From Tetramitus jugosus (taxonomy: Eukaryota; Protista; Heterolobosea): 64,000 nt of DNA. The position numbers and the translations under genes are program-made. The notes beneath the pieces were generated by a model. It ran no database searches and was not told where the DNA came from. It saw only the letters and a list, made by a program, of their open reading frames with translations. Of the stretch, positions 1 through 10,253 are shown piece by piece. Location of the stretch: contig OW569357.1 in NCBI GenBank assembly GCA_937625935.1, forward strand, positions 434,001 to 498,000, in the 5' to 3' direction. The first letter of the stretch is position 1; every line of letters starts with the position of its first letter.

Positions 1-91
1 TGATGTCTCTGGTCCATCCTTGAGTCGGAACGAGGTCAGAGCTTTGTGAGGATGATGATGGGTCATCGTTGGTATCCTTATTGTCAGTCAT
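1..91 (-). CDS. 5' end of a gene running off the left edge (MTDNKDTNDDPSSSSQSSDLVPTQGWTRDI...)
   Basis: ATG at 91-89 on the minus strand, preceded by the A/C-rich leader seen at other genes here; frame stays open to the window edge. Confidence 0.55.
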   Translation of the reverse strand, partial: MTDNKDTNDDPSSSSQSSDLVPTQGWTRDI

Positions 92-448
92 TTTGTTGTG
101 TAGGTGATTTGTTTGTTGCTAAGAAAGCTCGATCACGGGATTTTTTTTCAGTGTTTGATTCGGAGAAAGGCGAGACATAGGCTTAATTCGGAGCTCACAA
201 GATTCATGCTAAATTCAATGCGTCATGTCCTTCTGATGGTTCTCAGAGTTGCATGTCATGATTGATAGTGGACATCACAATTCATGTGGTGAATTGCATA
301 TTTGGTTACACAAGGTGCATGACGTGCTTGTTTTTGACAAGTGTCCCAAAGTGCCATTAAAAAAAGCTGAGTTCAAAAACTGTTCGTGAACTTGTGGGAA
401 CAGAAATTGAACGAACAATAAAAGAACAGAACCGGAGCAAAACAAAGA

Positions 449-2116
449 ATGAACGACATGGAAACCACCAACAATGACAGTGACACTCTCTTCGAGGTTT
501 CTTTTTCTCTACCAGAGGAAATATATGTCAACATATTTTCCTTCTTGGAGCCATCTGATCTTTCTCTTGGCGTCTCTCTTGTCTCACACTCGTGGAATTA
601 CTTTTCCAGTTCCGATTTGCTTTGGCGCCCTTTGTTTTACAGAAAATTTGGCGCCAGAGGTCTTTCAAAAGTTTTAGCGGTGAAGCTTTCACCAGAGAGT
701 GATGGTCATTATCATGAGCTCCAACACGAACAAGAAGAAGAAGAAACTGAAGTGGAGGCAGAGCAGGTCTCTCACGACAAGTATGACTGGAAGGGCTTGT
801 ATCGATACAAGAGCTCTATGGACCAAGTGTGGTACGGGAACAGCAACAAGCATCCTCGTGTGTCAAAGCTAAGAGTTCAACCTCCAGCATCTTACGTGTC
901 TTCCCCAACTCTGGCCAATCAGAGAGCTAATGACTCTACAAGTTTCTTTGGTTATAACAGTATGAAGGGATTGCGCTGTGGTCCAAACCTGAGTGACCTT
1001 TGTGTGTTTACGAGCGTAGGAAAAGAAATTGTTCGCCGTACGTTCAACATGGATCAATGGACTAATCAACGTGTGCACAATGATGACGACGAAGAAGATG
1101 TTCAAGATTCTGCTGCTGTTGATACAAATGATGCGAGTGGAGTTGAGGTTGTTGATGCAGATGTAGTGTTCCCTGTCCAGTCACAGTTTACTTGGTCCAT
1201 TGACTACAATCCGATACGTTTCGGAAATCGAATGATCAGTGGAGGCATTGAGAACTGTCTTCGAGTGTGGAATGCCGATAGTGGTGAACTAATGCACGGT
1301 ATTGAAGTACAGAAATGTGGTATTTGGAGCAATCGAATTTTGGACAGCTCTCATGTCGTTGCCGGATTCAGTGACAATCTCGTAAAGGTGTTCGATGTAA
1401 ATAATGCAAGTCAACCTGTTGCAGTCTATACTGAAAATGAAGCGTCGGTTTATGATGTGGACTGTGACTCTGAACTACCAGAGACTAATCTATTTGTTAC
1501 TGGTTCCTCGGACAAATCAGTTCGAGTATTTGACATTCGCGTCCCCAACGAGAGTGTTATCAAACTGAAAGACCTACCCGATGCCATCTACGAATTGGAA
1601 TGCAGTCAGATGGCAAATGATAATATTGTTATCGCGGGAACAAATCGTGGTAGTATTCTAATGATTGATATTCGAATGGCTAGCAATGAAGACTCTGCTA
1701 ACACTGCCAGTCTGGTTTGCAATTTCCCACTGGCATATGGAAGTGCAATCAGACAGATGAGTTACAATGGAAAGAGATTAGTCGTGTGTTTATCATATGG
1801 TACGGTTGTAGTAACAACAGACCGGAGTGTTGAGGTTAACTTTACTCCCCAGGAGTTAAGTGAGCTTTACAGGAATCACATTGATGTACAACAGATAGCC
1901 CTCACACCAAATTTACCATTCAGAGTCACAAATATGTTCACAGATCGTGAAAGCATGTGCATGTATGCAGATGATGAAGTAATGATGGTGGGAACGAGTG
2001 CTAACTACTTGTCACTCCTTGACTTCCGAACAACAGCACGGCCTGCGCCTCAAGTCACTCATCAAACAGATGAAAGGTCTCCCTTACGCAAACCAAGTAC
2101 TTGTCTCCTACAGTAA
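449..2116 (+). CDS. F-box/WD40-repeat protein with C-terminal CaaX motif
   Basis: F-box LPEEIYVNIFSFL...SLVSHSWN...LLWR; WD repeats (SGGIENCLRVWN, AGFSDNLVKVFD, TGSSDKSVRVFD); ends in CLLQ*. Confidence 0.85.
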   Translation: MNDMETTNNDSDTLFEVSFSLPEEIYVNIFSFLEPSDLSLGVSLVSHSWNYFSSSDLLWRPLFYRKFGARGLSKVLAVKLSPESDGHYHELQHEQEEEETEVEAEQVSHDKYDWKGLYRYKSSMDQVWYGNSNKHPRVSKLRVQPPASYVSSPTLANQRANDSTSFFGYNSMKGLRCGPNLSDLCVFTSVGKEIVRRTFNMDQWTNQRVHNDDDEEDVQDSAAVDTNDASGVEVVDADVVFPVQSQFTWSIDYNPIRFGNRMISGGIENCLRVWNADSGELMHGIEVQKCGIWSNRILDSSHVVAGFSDNLVKVFDVNNASQPVAVYTENEASVYDVDCDSELPETNLFVTGSSDKSVRVFDIRVPNESVIKLKDLPDAIYELECSQMANDNIVIAGTNRGSILMIDIRMASNEDSANTASLVCNFPLAYGSAIRQMSYNGKRLVVCLSYGTVVVTTDRSVEVNFTPQELSELYRNHIDVQQIALTPNLPFRVTNMFTDRESMCMYADDEVMMVGTSANYLSLLDFRTTARPAPQVTHQTDERSPLRKPSTCLLQ

Positions 2117-2846
2117 ACCGTAAGTAACTACAGTCAATACTCGCGACTGATCAAACTTGTTGGCTGACATCTTTATTTTATGCGCTCTTTCCATCCTAAG
2201 AAAGTTTTATATATCGGGACAAGCGATCTGTCACTGATCATGATCACACCAATGCCCCACAATGGTGGTTTGGTGACTCAAATATTCGAATCTTTGTTCA
2301 GATGATAAAAGATGTTTTTGGAGGTATCATCCAGTGATCAGGCGGATTTTGTGGTATTTTTACACTCAATATTTTTGGTTGACTTCACATTTTCCCTTCC
2401 TGTCAGCCCACGATACCTAAAACATCAGAACTTATGACTCATGTTCTATTTATCGAGTGTAGTCTCTTCGAGTTAACATCTATTCATACTCGGACATGCT
2501 CTCAGTTCACACGCATTTCATAACGTTGATCACACATCGATAATAACCCAGAGCATCCGATAACTTTTAGAAAAAACACACCAAGGTTACGGTGCATGTG
2601 AAATTACTACTCTCTTCATCTATTGAAATAATCCGCGTTGAATACATAAAATATTCTTCCTCCCTACCCACACCACCCCAACAGTCGCCAAATAGTTATT
2701 TGAACAGACCAAAATCCCAACGTTACAATCAAAAGCATCTTTTCCCCACTGGACTCCTTCGCAACATCTCGATACACGCTCTCCACTTCCAATTAAAAGA
2801 TCAACGGTCACCAAACCATCCATTACAACAAAGATACTCTGACTCT

Positions 2847-4727
2847 ATGCAATCCAACATGGTAGAACCCAAGATGACGCAAGACATCGATAGTAACAAC
2901 ACCAACAACGCATCCAACACCAACAGTACCACCAACACTACTGTTAAATTTCAATCAGATTCTGCTCCTCGAATGTCAATCACACGACCAGAGTCTCATC
3001 AACCACTCTCACTGATACAACAACAACAACAACAACAGTTCACACAACAGTTTTCAGAGCCACCACCCATGAGAGCCAGTCCACTGTCCAGTCAGACACT
3101 TCCAGGTCAACTGACAACCAACATAACCAACATTAGCTCTTCATCTACTGCATCTGACAAGACCTCCATGCCAACAGCAGTATCCATCACAGAGAGTAGA
3201 GCGTCACCCTCGTCTGCTGCACGATTGAATCCCATCGAGCCCCCCGTGTCGCTCATTGGTCCATCCAACAGCACCAGAGTCTTTGATTTTCCTTCAACGA
3301 GTGGCAGCTTAGCAGGTGAAGTAAGTCAACAACACCTCTTATCTGGCGCAGGACGCCCCATATCGCTCACTCCGCCTCCAAGCTTTACAACGAGCTCAGC
3401 GGCGTCGGTTCAGCCAACACACAGGGCATCTAGCGCATCCCCCACTCTACCAAGCGCTCAACCAACAACGGAGAAGAGAACGTCCAAGTTTCCACTGCCT
3501 CCCTTTGCAGTTGGTCAACCAGCCAAGCAACAACAGTCGTTACTGGACACGGGAGGGCCGATACCACCCCTTCCCTCCTCATTGTCCAATATCAGAGCCT
3601 CTCCCACAGCTCCTTCCACTACCTCTGCCTCCTCGTCTCACTTGCTGCCTTCTCCTGGTCGTTTGTTGAATCAATACAGTCCCACACAACCAGCAGGCAT
3701 CTCAAAGCAAAACAGGTTGGCAATGGGTCAGTCGGAGATGAGCATCAGTCCTGTTCCCTACGACGAGGATGAAGAAATGAGAGAACTACATCTGAAGAGA
3801 AAGCACTACATGCAACAAAAGGAAGAAGAGTATGCCAGTTCTTCCGGAAGAAGAGATGGTGATGGTGATGAAATGATGGGTGAAGTCAGAAGATCACCTG
3901 CTCTCCATCGCCCACAATACCTGAGCGGCTCAAAACTCCCCTCTTTACAATCACAATTCGCTCCTGAATTCGCTGGAGGCTCTCAACAACAACAACAACA
4001 ACAACCACAAGCACTCTATTCTCAACAGGCAGCAGCTCGTAGAGGATTTGGACAACCACATGCCTATCCATACTATGGTACAAGAGGTCCCAGCAGTAGT
4101 TCTGAAGATATGGAAATTCAAAACTACAGTGATGATGAAAGCATCAGTAGCAGTGCCAGTGCAAGCGGCGTAGGGTATGAAGAAGATGTTGAACAGCAGC
4201 AGCAACAACCACCGCCACACCACATGCCATTGCACTATGGTCACCCCTATCATCAAGATTACCGTGACACCGTTAGCACAGGAAGAGGAACTTCATCTTC
4301 TTCTCGGCACTTGCCTCTCAAGCTTCAACAAAAGTCAACCAAACCATCATCCTTGTCTCCACCGTATAGCAAGAGATCCAGATCACCGAGCTCTACATCG
4401 TCCTACAGCAGTGACGAAGAGAATGCACCCACTATTCATGCCTCGTCCAGCAGTTCTCTGTCTCCTTCTGCAGCTCGATCGGATCAAACCTCCAAGCAAA
4501 GCAAGTTCAACCAAGGTGCGTGGACCACTCATGAACATGAACAGTTTCTCCAGGGACTTCAGGCGTGTGGTCATCAATGGAAGAAGATTGCTGTGCAGTT
4601 TGTTCAAACGAGATCTAGAAGACAAGTCGCCAGTCACGCACAAAAGTATCTCGAAAGAGAGAAGAGAAGGAGTGCCATGTCAAAGAAGGACTCTCGAAGC
4701 ACGAATCGCCCCACCCTCATCATCTAA
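2847..4727 (+). CDS. Myb-like (SHAQKY-class) transcription factor with long disordered N-terminus
   Basis: C-terminal GAWTTHEHEQFLQGL...WKKIA...TRSRRQVASHAQKY; S/P/Q-rich remainder. First plausible ATG is at 2847 (the ORF track starts at an upstream GTG). Confidence 0.85.
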   Translation: MQSNMVEPKMTQDIDSNNTNNASNTNSTTNTTVKFQSDSAPRMSITRPESHQPLSLIQQQQQQQFTQQFSEPPPMRASPLSSQTLPGQLTTNITNISSSSTASDKTSMPTAVSITESRASPSSAARLNPIEPPVSLIGPSNSTRVFDFPSTSGSLAGEVSQQHLLSGAGRPISLTPPPSFTTSSAASVQPTHRASSASPTLPSAQPTTEKRTSKFPLPPFAVGQPAKQQQSLLDTGGPIPPLPSSLSNIRASPTAPSTTSASSSHLLPSPGRLLNQYSPTQPAGISKQNRLAMGQSEMSISPVPYDEDEEMRELHLKRKHYMQQKEEEYASSSGRRDGDGDEMMGEVRRSPALHRPQYLSGSKLPSLQSQFAPEFAGGSQQQQQQQPQALYSQQAAARRGFGQPHAYPYYGTRGPSSSSEDMEIQNYSDDESISSSASASGVGYEEDVEQQQQQPPPHHMPLHYGHPYHQDYRDTVSTGRGTSSSSRHLPLKLQQKSTKPSSLSPPYSKRSRSPSSTSSYSSDEENAPTIHASSSSSLSPSAARSDQTSKQSKFNQGAWTTHEHEQFLQGLQACGHQWKKIAVQFVQTRSRRQVASHAQKYLEREKRRSAMSKKDSRSTNRPTLII

Positions 4728-5174
4728 ACATGTAACAGTTGTTCCAGAGAATTCACACTCACACATACAGTTGTACAAGATCTCAGCTCATGAGAATGAT
4801 CGAAACAAGGGCTTCTTATAAGAAACACCGGTACATATACCAACCTACATACAATAATAACCAAAAATGATGCTTAGCTATAGGAACACTATGCTACGAC
4901 CTAAGAGAACACAACAGAGAAGATACAAATAGAAGAAAAGGCAAATTTTGAGAGTGACATTCAAACTCTGATACAATCAAAACAGTGACAGACAAACCAT
5001 CGACTACATACAAACAAAAAGGCAATGAACATATGCACATAGAAAATAAAAGGGTGGCAAAAGACAATTCTTTTACACATAAATAGTCTTATTATTAAGT
5101 GTTTTTCTATACAAGCATGCTATATGCTGAGATTCGTCTTGTGACAATTGCTATTCAAAAGAACAAACTATGAT

Positions 5175-6848
5175 TCAATTGATTCCCAATTGTGCCTTGA
5201 GTTTTTGATTCTCCAACTGTAACTTCTCAATCAGTTCATCTCTATTACCCAATTGAATTCGCAGTGATAAACACTCTGATTCCATCTCTGCCATCTTCTC
5301 TCTCATCTCTTCAATCGCTCCATAGAAATCATCTCTCGTAAACGTAACAGTATCGCTATTATGTCTCATTGTACCATATTCTTCATCGTCTTGAGTCCTT
5401 TGATGATGAGCGTGTTCATCAAGTGGCTCGTTCCAAAATGATGATTGAAAAATGTTGTTTCTCGACTTTCCAAACAAGTTCGGTTCTTCCCACATTCCAC
5501 CATTCGTCGTTCCATATACTCTGACTGATCCATCCTGATAATCGTCATCTTCGCCATGAATCACCATTGTTCCACTGTCGTGTATCACCATTGTTTCACT
5601 CGAGTATTCGCCTGGATAATCATGAATGACCATTGTTCCCATTGGATACGATGAATCATCATCTTCTTCTGCTACCTCTTCTTGTTCGTGTTGTACTACT
5701 TGTGCTTCTTCTTGATCCTTCTTGTTTTGTTGTTCATCGACTTGTTTCCTCGTATTGCTATCCTCTTGTTGATTAATCGTGGTGTGACTCTTGTCAATGG
5801 CTGCCGTCGTGCTGCCCGCTCCTCTCTCATCCACCATCGCATCACTCGAGATGCGCAGACTCTGTCTCAGATGATCCATCCACCACTTTTTGTGTGATGC
5901 ATCACTCAACACAAACACTTCTTTTATTTGATTGTCAACCAGTAGAGCAATGGACAGTGGTGACCCTTCTACTTCCTTCATGATGACATGTTCATCATTG
6001 CAACTGACTCTACATGCAATCACATCAGCAATCTGTGTGCTGTCATGTGACTTGTAGAAAATGATTTGTTGTTGCTGCGGCTGTCCTGAAGGACCACTAC
6101 TGCTATTGCTATTGTTATTGCTACTATTCGTTGCAACAACATTAGAGCTAACAGTAGTAGCTGTAGCAGTAGAATTAACGACGTTAGAGCTAACTGCAGT
6201 TGCACTACGAATGTACACAATAGATGGCTTGAGGTAATAAATGGAAGAAATGTGATTCTTTCGAATGACATAACCACCTTGATGACTCCAACAAGCAGAA
6301 GTAGTGGGAGTCAAAGTAGGACTAGAGTCACTGTTGCTTCTCTTGTTGGGGAATTGCTTCAGAGTGCTCTGAGTGAGGCTGTTGGTAGCAAACGTAGGGT
6401 TCCACTTGCTCTCAAACAAGTGCTGAATCACTACATTGATATTATTCTGTAGTGCGCTCACCCAATCCTCCGCTTCCGCCACGGTCGGAACTAATAATTG
6501 TACGGTTTGTACCGTATCGCTCTTTTTTTCTCCGACGACGGACAAAAGCTCAGAGAGAGTGAGGATGACAAACGAGGAGGACGGTGGCTTGTGAACAGTT
6601 TGTTGTTGAACGGTTGTGAATGGTGTGAGTTGATATTCTGAGCTGTTGGTCGATGATGTTTTGATACTCAGTTTTCTTCGCTTCAGCTTGGCAATACATT
6701 TGCTCTGTGCGCCTCTCGTACAGAAAAAAAGCTTTCCTCCTTTTTTGTGGTAGGTGAGTGATGTTGTAGGTGTGGTGGTAGGTGATGATGTTGCATTGCT
6801 ATGATTGGTTGACGATGCTATTGGTGAATGACTATGCTGATTGGACAT
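5175..6848 (-). CDS. PH-like domain protein with repeated (G/E)TMVIH motifs and C-terminal coiled coil
   Basis: PH-type terminal helices (LLVPTVAEAEDWVSALQ; FVLSDASHKKWWMDHLR); acidic linker with GTMVIHD/ETMVIHD/GTMVIHG/GTMRH; heptad-rich C-terminus. Confidence 0.7.
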   Translation of the reverse strand: MSNQHSHSPIASSTNHSNATSSPTTTPTTSLTYHKKGGKLFFCTRGAQSKCIAKLKRRKLSIKTSSTNSSEYQLTPFTTVQQQTVHKPPSSSFVILTLSELLSVVGEKKSDTVQTVQLLVPTVAEAEDWVSALQNNINVVIQHLFESKWNPTFATNSLTQSTLKQFPNKRSNSDSSPTLTPTTSACWSHQGGYVIRKNHISSIYYLKPSIVYIRSATAVSSNVVNSTATATTVSSNVVATNSSNNNSNSSSGPSGQPQQQQIIFYKSHDSTQIADVIACRVSCNDEHVIMKEVEGSPLSIALLVDNQIKEVFVLSDASHKKWWMDHLRQSLRISSDAMVDERGAGSTTAAIDKSHTTINQQEDSNTRKQVDEQQNKKDQEEAQVVQHEQEEVAEEDDDSSYPMGTMVIHDYPGEYSSETMVIHDSGTMVIHGEDDDYQDGSVRVYGTTNGGMWEEPNLFGKSRNNIFQSSFWNEPLDEHAHHQRTQDDEEYGTMRHNSDTVTFTRDDFYGAIEEMREKMAEMESECLSLRIQLGNRDELIEKLQLENQKLKAQLGIN

Positions 6849-7454
6849 TTTTTGTTGTTTTGTTCCTTGCTGCGATTTTGATTTCCGTCGGTGATGTTCA
6901 GTTTACGTCCAGTGATGATTTCGCGCCTTGCACAAGCGATGCAATGAAAACAGGATGTATGAGTTGGTTTTGTGACAAAATGGTGGTGCTGTTGTCGTTG
7001 TTGGAGATATTTTGTGTAGCTTCGAGTGGTGGTGGCGTGGTGGAAGGGGTTGTGACGAAACGTTTTGTCGATTGGTGAATACCCTTACCAGACACTTGAC
7101 ATCGCAATGACCGCGGAAAGGACAAAACAATTCCCACGAGTCTGGAAATGCGAACACGGCGATTTCACACAACAGGTCAAAGCAATCTAAACCAGAAAGC
7201 TGGAGTAATGAAGGAGAAAATTGAATCAGGTAGAGTTTATGCTTCACATTGGTTCAGAGAGCTAGGTTTAGAATTGAATGCAATTTTATCATCATACAAA
7301 ACGTTTTTTGTTTATCACAGGAAACATGTTGCTAAATTTTGACTTGATGACTGGCGCCGTGAGAACCTTTCGAAATCACATGTGGGTTTCGATTACTCCG
7401 TCCAACAGAGTATTAATAATGAGAGAATAAGAAATGCTTGTTGAAAGAACAATC

Positions 7455-10073
7455 CTAAGATACTTTACTGCTGGCGCCTCGTCTGGGTTCTTCTCTCAAA
7501 TTGCTCAACCTATCCAATTCTTCTTCGCTGCTGATAATGTTCGAGTTCATGGAATAGTAAAGGAACAGTTGCATGTATGGTACAGGAGTCAGAGCATAGG
7601 GTCTCGATTTGAAATTCATCAAACCACGCACGACACCAGCCATTGAACTCTTCTTCGTGAAGTTAATGTATGATCTCACAATGTCATCAGTGATCTCACG
7701 AGGTGTTCCCTCTCCAGTGTTGTTCACGGTGACATTGGCATCCTTTTCGGTTGTCTTCTTGGTGGACTTATTGCCCTCATCAAAGAAGACGAGATCAGTG
7801 AGACTTACACCTAAATAGGGCAAGCAACTCTGTGTGGGAGACACCTTCTTCAACTCCTCTCGATAATTCTTTCGGTTGGATGAGAAGGAACAAACATCTT
7901 CCAACTTCTTAAATTTCATTCGATCAGGAGCACCGATGGCCTCCCACGTCTTTTTCAATCGATGCACTGGATTACTAATCAATGCCATCATAATTTCAAA
8001 CAACGTGTTAAAGTTGTTGATCTTGAGACATGCGTCCGCAACATTAATAAAGTGTTTCAACAGCTTTGCCCGTTCCTTGATATTCTCCACGCGTAGTATC
8101 AGTGTGGCTACCCAGTCAGTCATCATGTTCGACCGGGAAATGATCTCCGATATGTTTGGAGCAGTCCACTCCTTTGAACTCTTGTTCCATCCGAGTGCTA
8201 ACAACTCCTCACCGGTAATCTTTTGAAAGATGGCAAATTCAGAAATGGTCAACTGTCGTGCAATCTCAATGGGATTCAAATCCAAAATGTTGATCAAACG
8301 AGCATCCTTTGGCTCTCTGCTCAGATAGTAGGGCTTTGGAGCACTCTTCATCAATTCTTCATACCGTTCCTGCGCACTCAATGAATCATCCATTCCATCA
8401 CCCATGCCCACACCACTATTACTCACCATGCCCATCATGCTACTATCACCCAAACTTCCCACTGATAATCCACCACCACTCGATCCAAAGCTATCACCAC
8501 TATCGACACCATTTCCAACACTGGATGCAGCATTCTGTTGTTGAAACTTTGTCAGAATCTTTCCAGACACCTCTGCCAAATCAAACACAATGTTCTGAGT
8601 AAATAATGTAGATGATGTTTCTGCATCAATCGCCTCTTCACCTTCATCAATCGTACACACATAGGATCCCAGTCCTCCAATAAACGAATACAAATCACCA
8701 ATCATATTTCGATCAAACATGAGATCCGTTTGACAATCAATGATCCATTTCTGGACAAACAAGGACACCCGTTGAATCATTCGATTCTGTTTCTCCTTGC
8801 CTAGCACAATGAGTCGATTCTGTTGTTCCTCACTATTCACAGCTGTCATTTTTGCTTCATTTTTCTCATCTTCCCCATCATTGTTCTTTTCATCATCATC
8901 ATTACTACTACTATCTGATGACAAACGATTGTGAAGTGACAATTCTTCTTCTTGTTTTGTCTTCTGTTGTTGCACGAGACGATCGAGAACAAACTGAAGT
9001 CTAGGAATCACTTGTCGTGCAGTCATAAACGTCTTGTACGTCGTTGTAAAAATCACAATAAATGACTCGTGACTAAAACCATATCGCAATCCAAACTCCA
9101 AGAATTGATCCACTGTTAAATAACCAAATTTTTGATCCGTTTTCAAAATGTGTTTCAACTGTGGCAATGTTCTTGATCCAATACAGACGTGAACATCATT
9201 TCCATCTCTTTCCATGACTGATTCTGTAGTCGATTGTTGTTGTTGATCCATATGATTCACCTTGTTTTGTTCATCAAAATCATCAATCAGCGCACTAGCC
9301 AGTGCCACATCATCACTAATGCTGCTTTGCTGCTGTTGTTGTTGTTGCTGCTGTTTTTTAAATGATTTTTGAGTGGAAAAAAAACTTTTGCGCACAGTTT
9401 TTGCATTGTTCGCATCACCGTGCACGTGATAATTGGATGGTAAAGCGGGCAGAGATCCTCTGTGAATATTATTGTTGTTTCCTCTACTGAAAACAGCTGA
9501 AAATCGATAATTATTATTATTGCTATTATTATTATTATTGTTATTATTACTATTGTTTGTCGTTGGAAGAGAATTGGATCGATTGGCAATGTCATTATGA
9601 TTTGCATTTTTGTTATTATTGTTGTTGTTATTATTGTTGGTGAATAAATTGGAAAAAATGGAGAGTCGTGGACTCGCTCTTGGTTTTTCCTTGATCAAGA
9701 CTGCTTGTTGTTGTGATGTGTCATCTTGTGATTCATTCTCTGTTGTTGATGATGATGGTGTTTCATTCGTATCCACAACAACAACAACATCTTCGTTGGG
9801 TGATGCATCATTGTTGTGAGAAGTGGTGACCACACTAATGTCTGGTGATGGGAGTGGCACTTTTTCTTCTTCAGCATGTTCATTCGTATTGTTGTTGGTA
9901 CCACCATCATCATTGGTCGTTTGCTCAACAACAACCTCGACTTCATTCGTGATGGTAGTAGTAGCGATAGTAGAAGTTGTGGTTGTTGTGTCTACGCTCG
10001 TCGTGAGAACGGTGCTGTCATCATCATCATCATTGTTGTTATTATTGTTGATGTGATGTTGTTGGTTTACCAT
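7455..10073 (-). CDS. Ras guanine nucleotide exchange factor (REM + CDC25 domains)
   Basis: FTTTYKTFMT (REM); DLNPIEIARQLT, NNFNTLFEIMMAL, RLKKTW, CLPYLGVSLTDLVFFDEGN, INFTK (CDC25); poly-N/Q/T N-terminus. Confidence 0.95.
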   Translation of the reverse strand: MVNQQHHINNNNNNDDDDDSTVLTTSVDTTTTTSTIATTTITNEVEVVVEQTTNDDGGTNNNTNEHAEEEKVPLPSPDISVVTTSHNNDASPNEDVVVVVDTNETPSSSTTENESQDDTSQQQAVLIKEKPRASPRLSIFSNLFTNNNNNNNNNKNANHNDIANRSNSLPTTNNSNNNNNNNNSNNNNYRFSAVFSRGNNNNIHRGSLPALPSNYHVHGDANNAKTVRKSFFSTQKSFKKQQQQQQQQQSSISDDVALASALIDDFDEQNKVNHMDQQQQSTTESVMERDGNDVHVCIGSRTLPQLKHILKTDQKFGYLTVDQFLEFGLRYGFSHESFIVIFTTTYKTFMTARQVIPRLQFVLDRLVQQQKTKQEEELSLHNRLSSDSSSNDDDEKNNDGEDEKNEAKMTAVNSEEQQNRLIVLGKEKQNRMIQRVSLFVQKWIIDCQTDLMFDRNMIGDLYSFIGGLGSYVCTIDEGEEAIDAETSSTLFTQNIVFDLAEVSGKILTKFQQQNAASSVGNGVDSGDSFGSSGGGLSVGSLGDSSMMGMVSNSGVGMGDGMDDSLSAQERYEELMKSAPKPYYLSREPKDARLINILDLNPIEIARQLTISEFAIFQKITGEELLALGWNKSSKEWTAPNISEIISRSNMMTDWVATLILRVENIKERAKLLKHFINVADACLKINNFNTLFEIMMALISNPVHRLKKTWEAIGAPDRMKFKKLEDVCSFSSNRKNYREELKKVSPTQSCLPYLGVSLTDLVFFDEGNKSTKKTTEKDANVTVNNTGEGTPREITDDIVRSYINFTKKSSMAGVVRGLMNFKSRPYALTPVPYMQLFLYYSMNSNIISSEEELDRLSNLREEPRRGASSKVS
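9509..9555 (+). repeat. (ATT)n/(GTT)n-type microsatellite encoding poly-Asn in the RasGEF
   Basis: ttattattattgctattattattattattgttattattac; similar coding trinucleotide tracts occur across the window. Confidence 0.8.
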
Positions 10074-10253
10074 TCCTTTATGCGCTTACTGGTGATTGAT
10101 TCGAACGACTCTCTCTCACTTGTTTTGTTGTTTTGGAAGAACATGAATTGTTGGACGACTGCCGCTTGTGGGTGTTGGAAAGGGGACGACGTTTATTATT
10201 CCGACATCAGAACAAAAATGACCGTCAATGTTGTTCCAAGCAACAAATCATTT

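Noticed and set aside
2160-2590. TGATCA-rich intergenic stretch with short inverted repeats as a possible C/D snoRNA or MITE
   Set aside because: No convincing box C/D pair, terminal inverted repeats or target-site duplication; probably promoter or UTR sequence.
4177-4821. 214-aa alternative-frame ORF overlapping the Myb gene
   Set aside because: Shadow frame of low-complexity coding DNA with no recognisable motifs; the same applies to most short antisense ORFs in the track.
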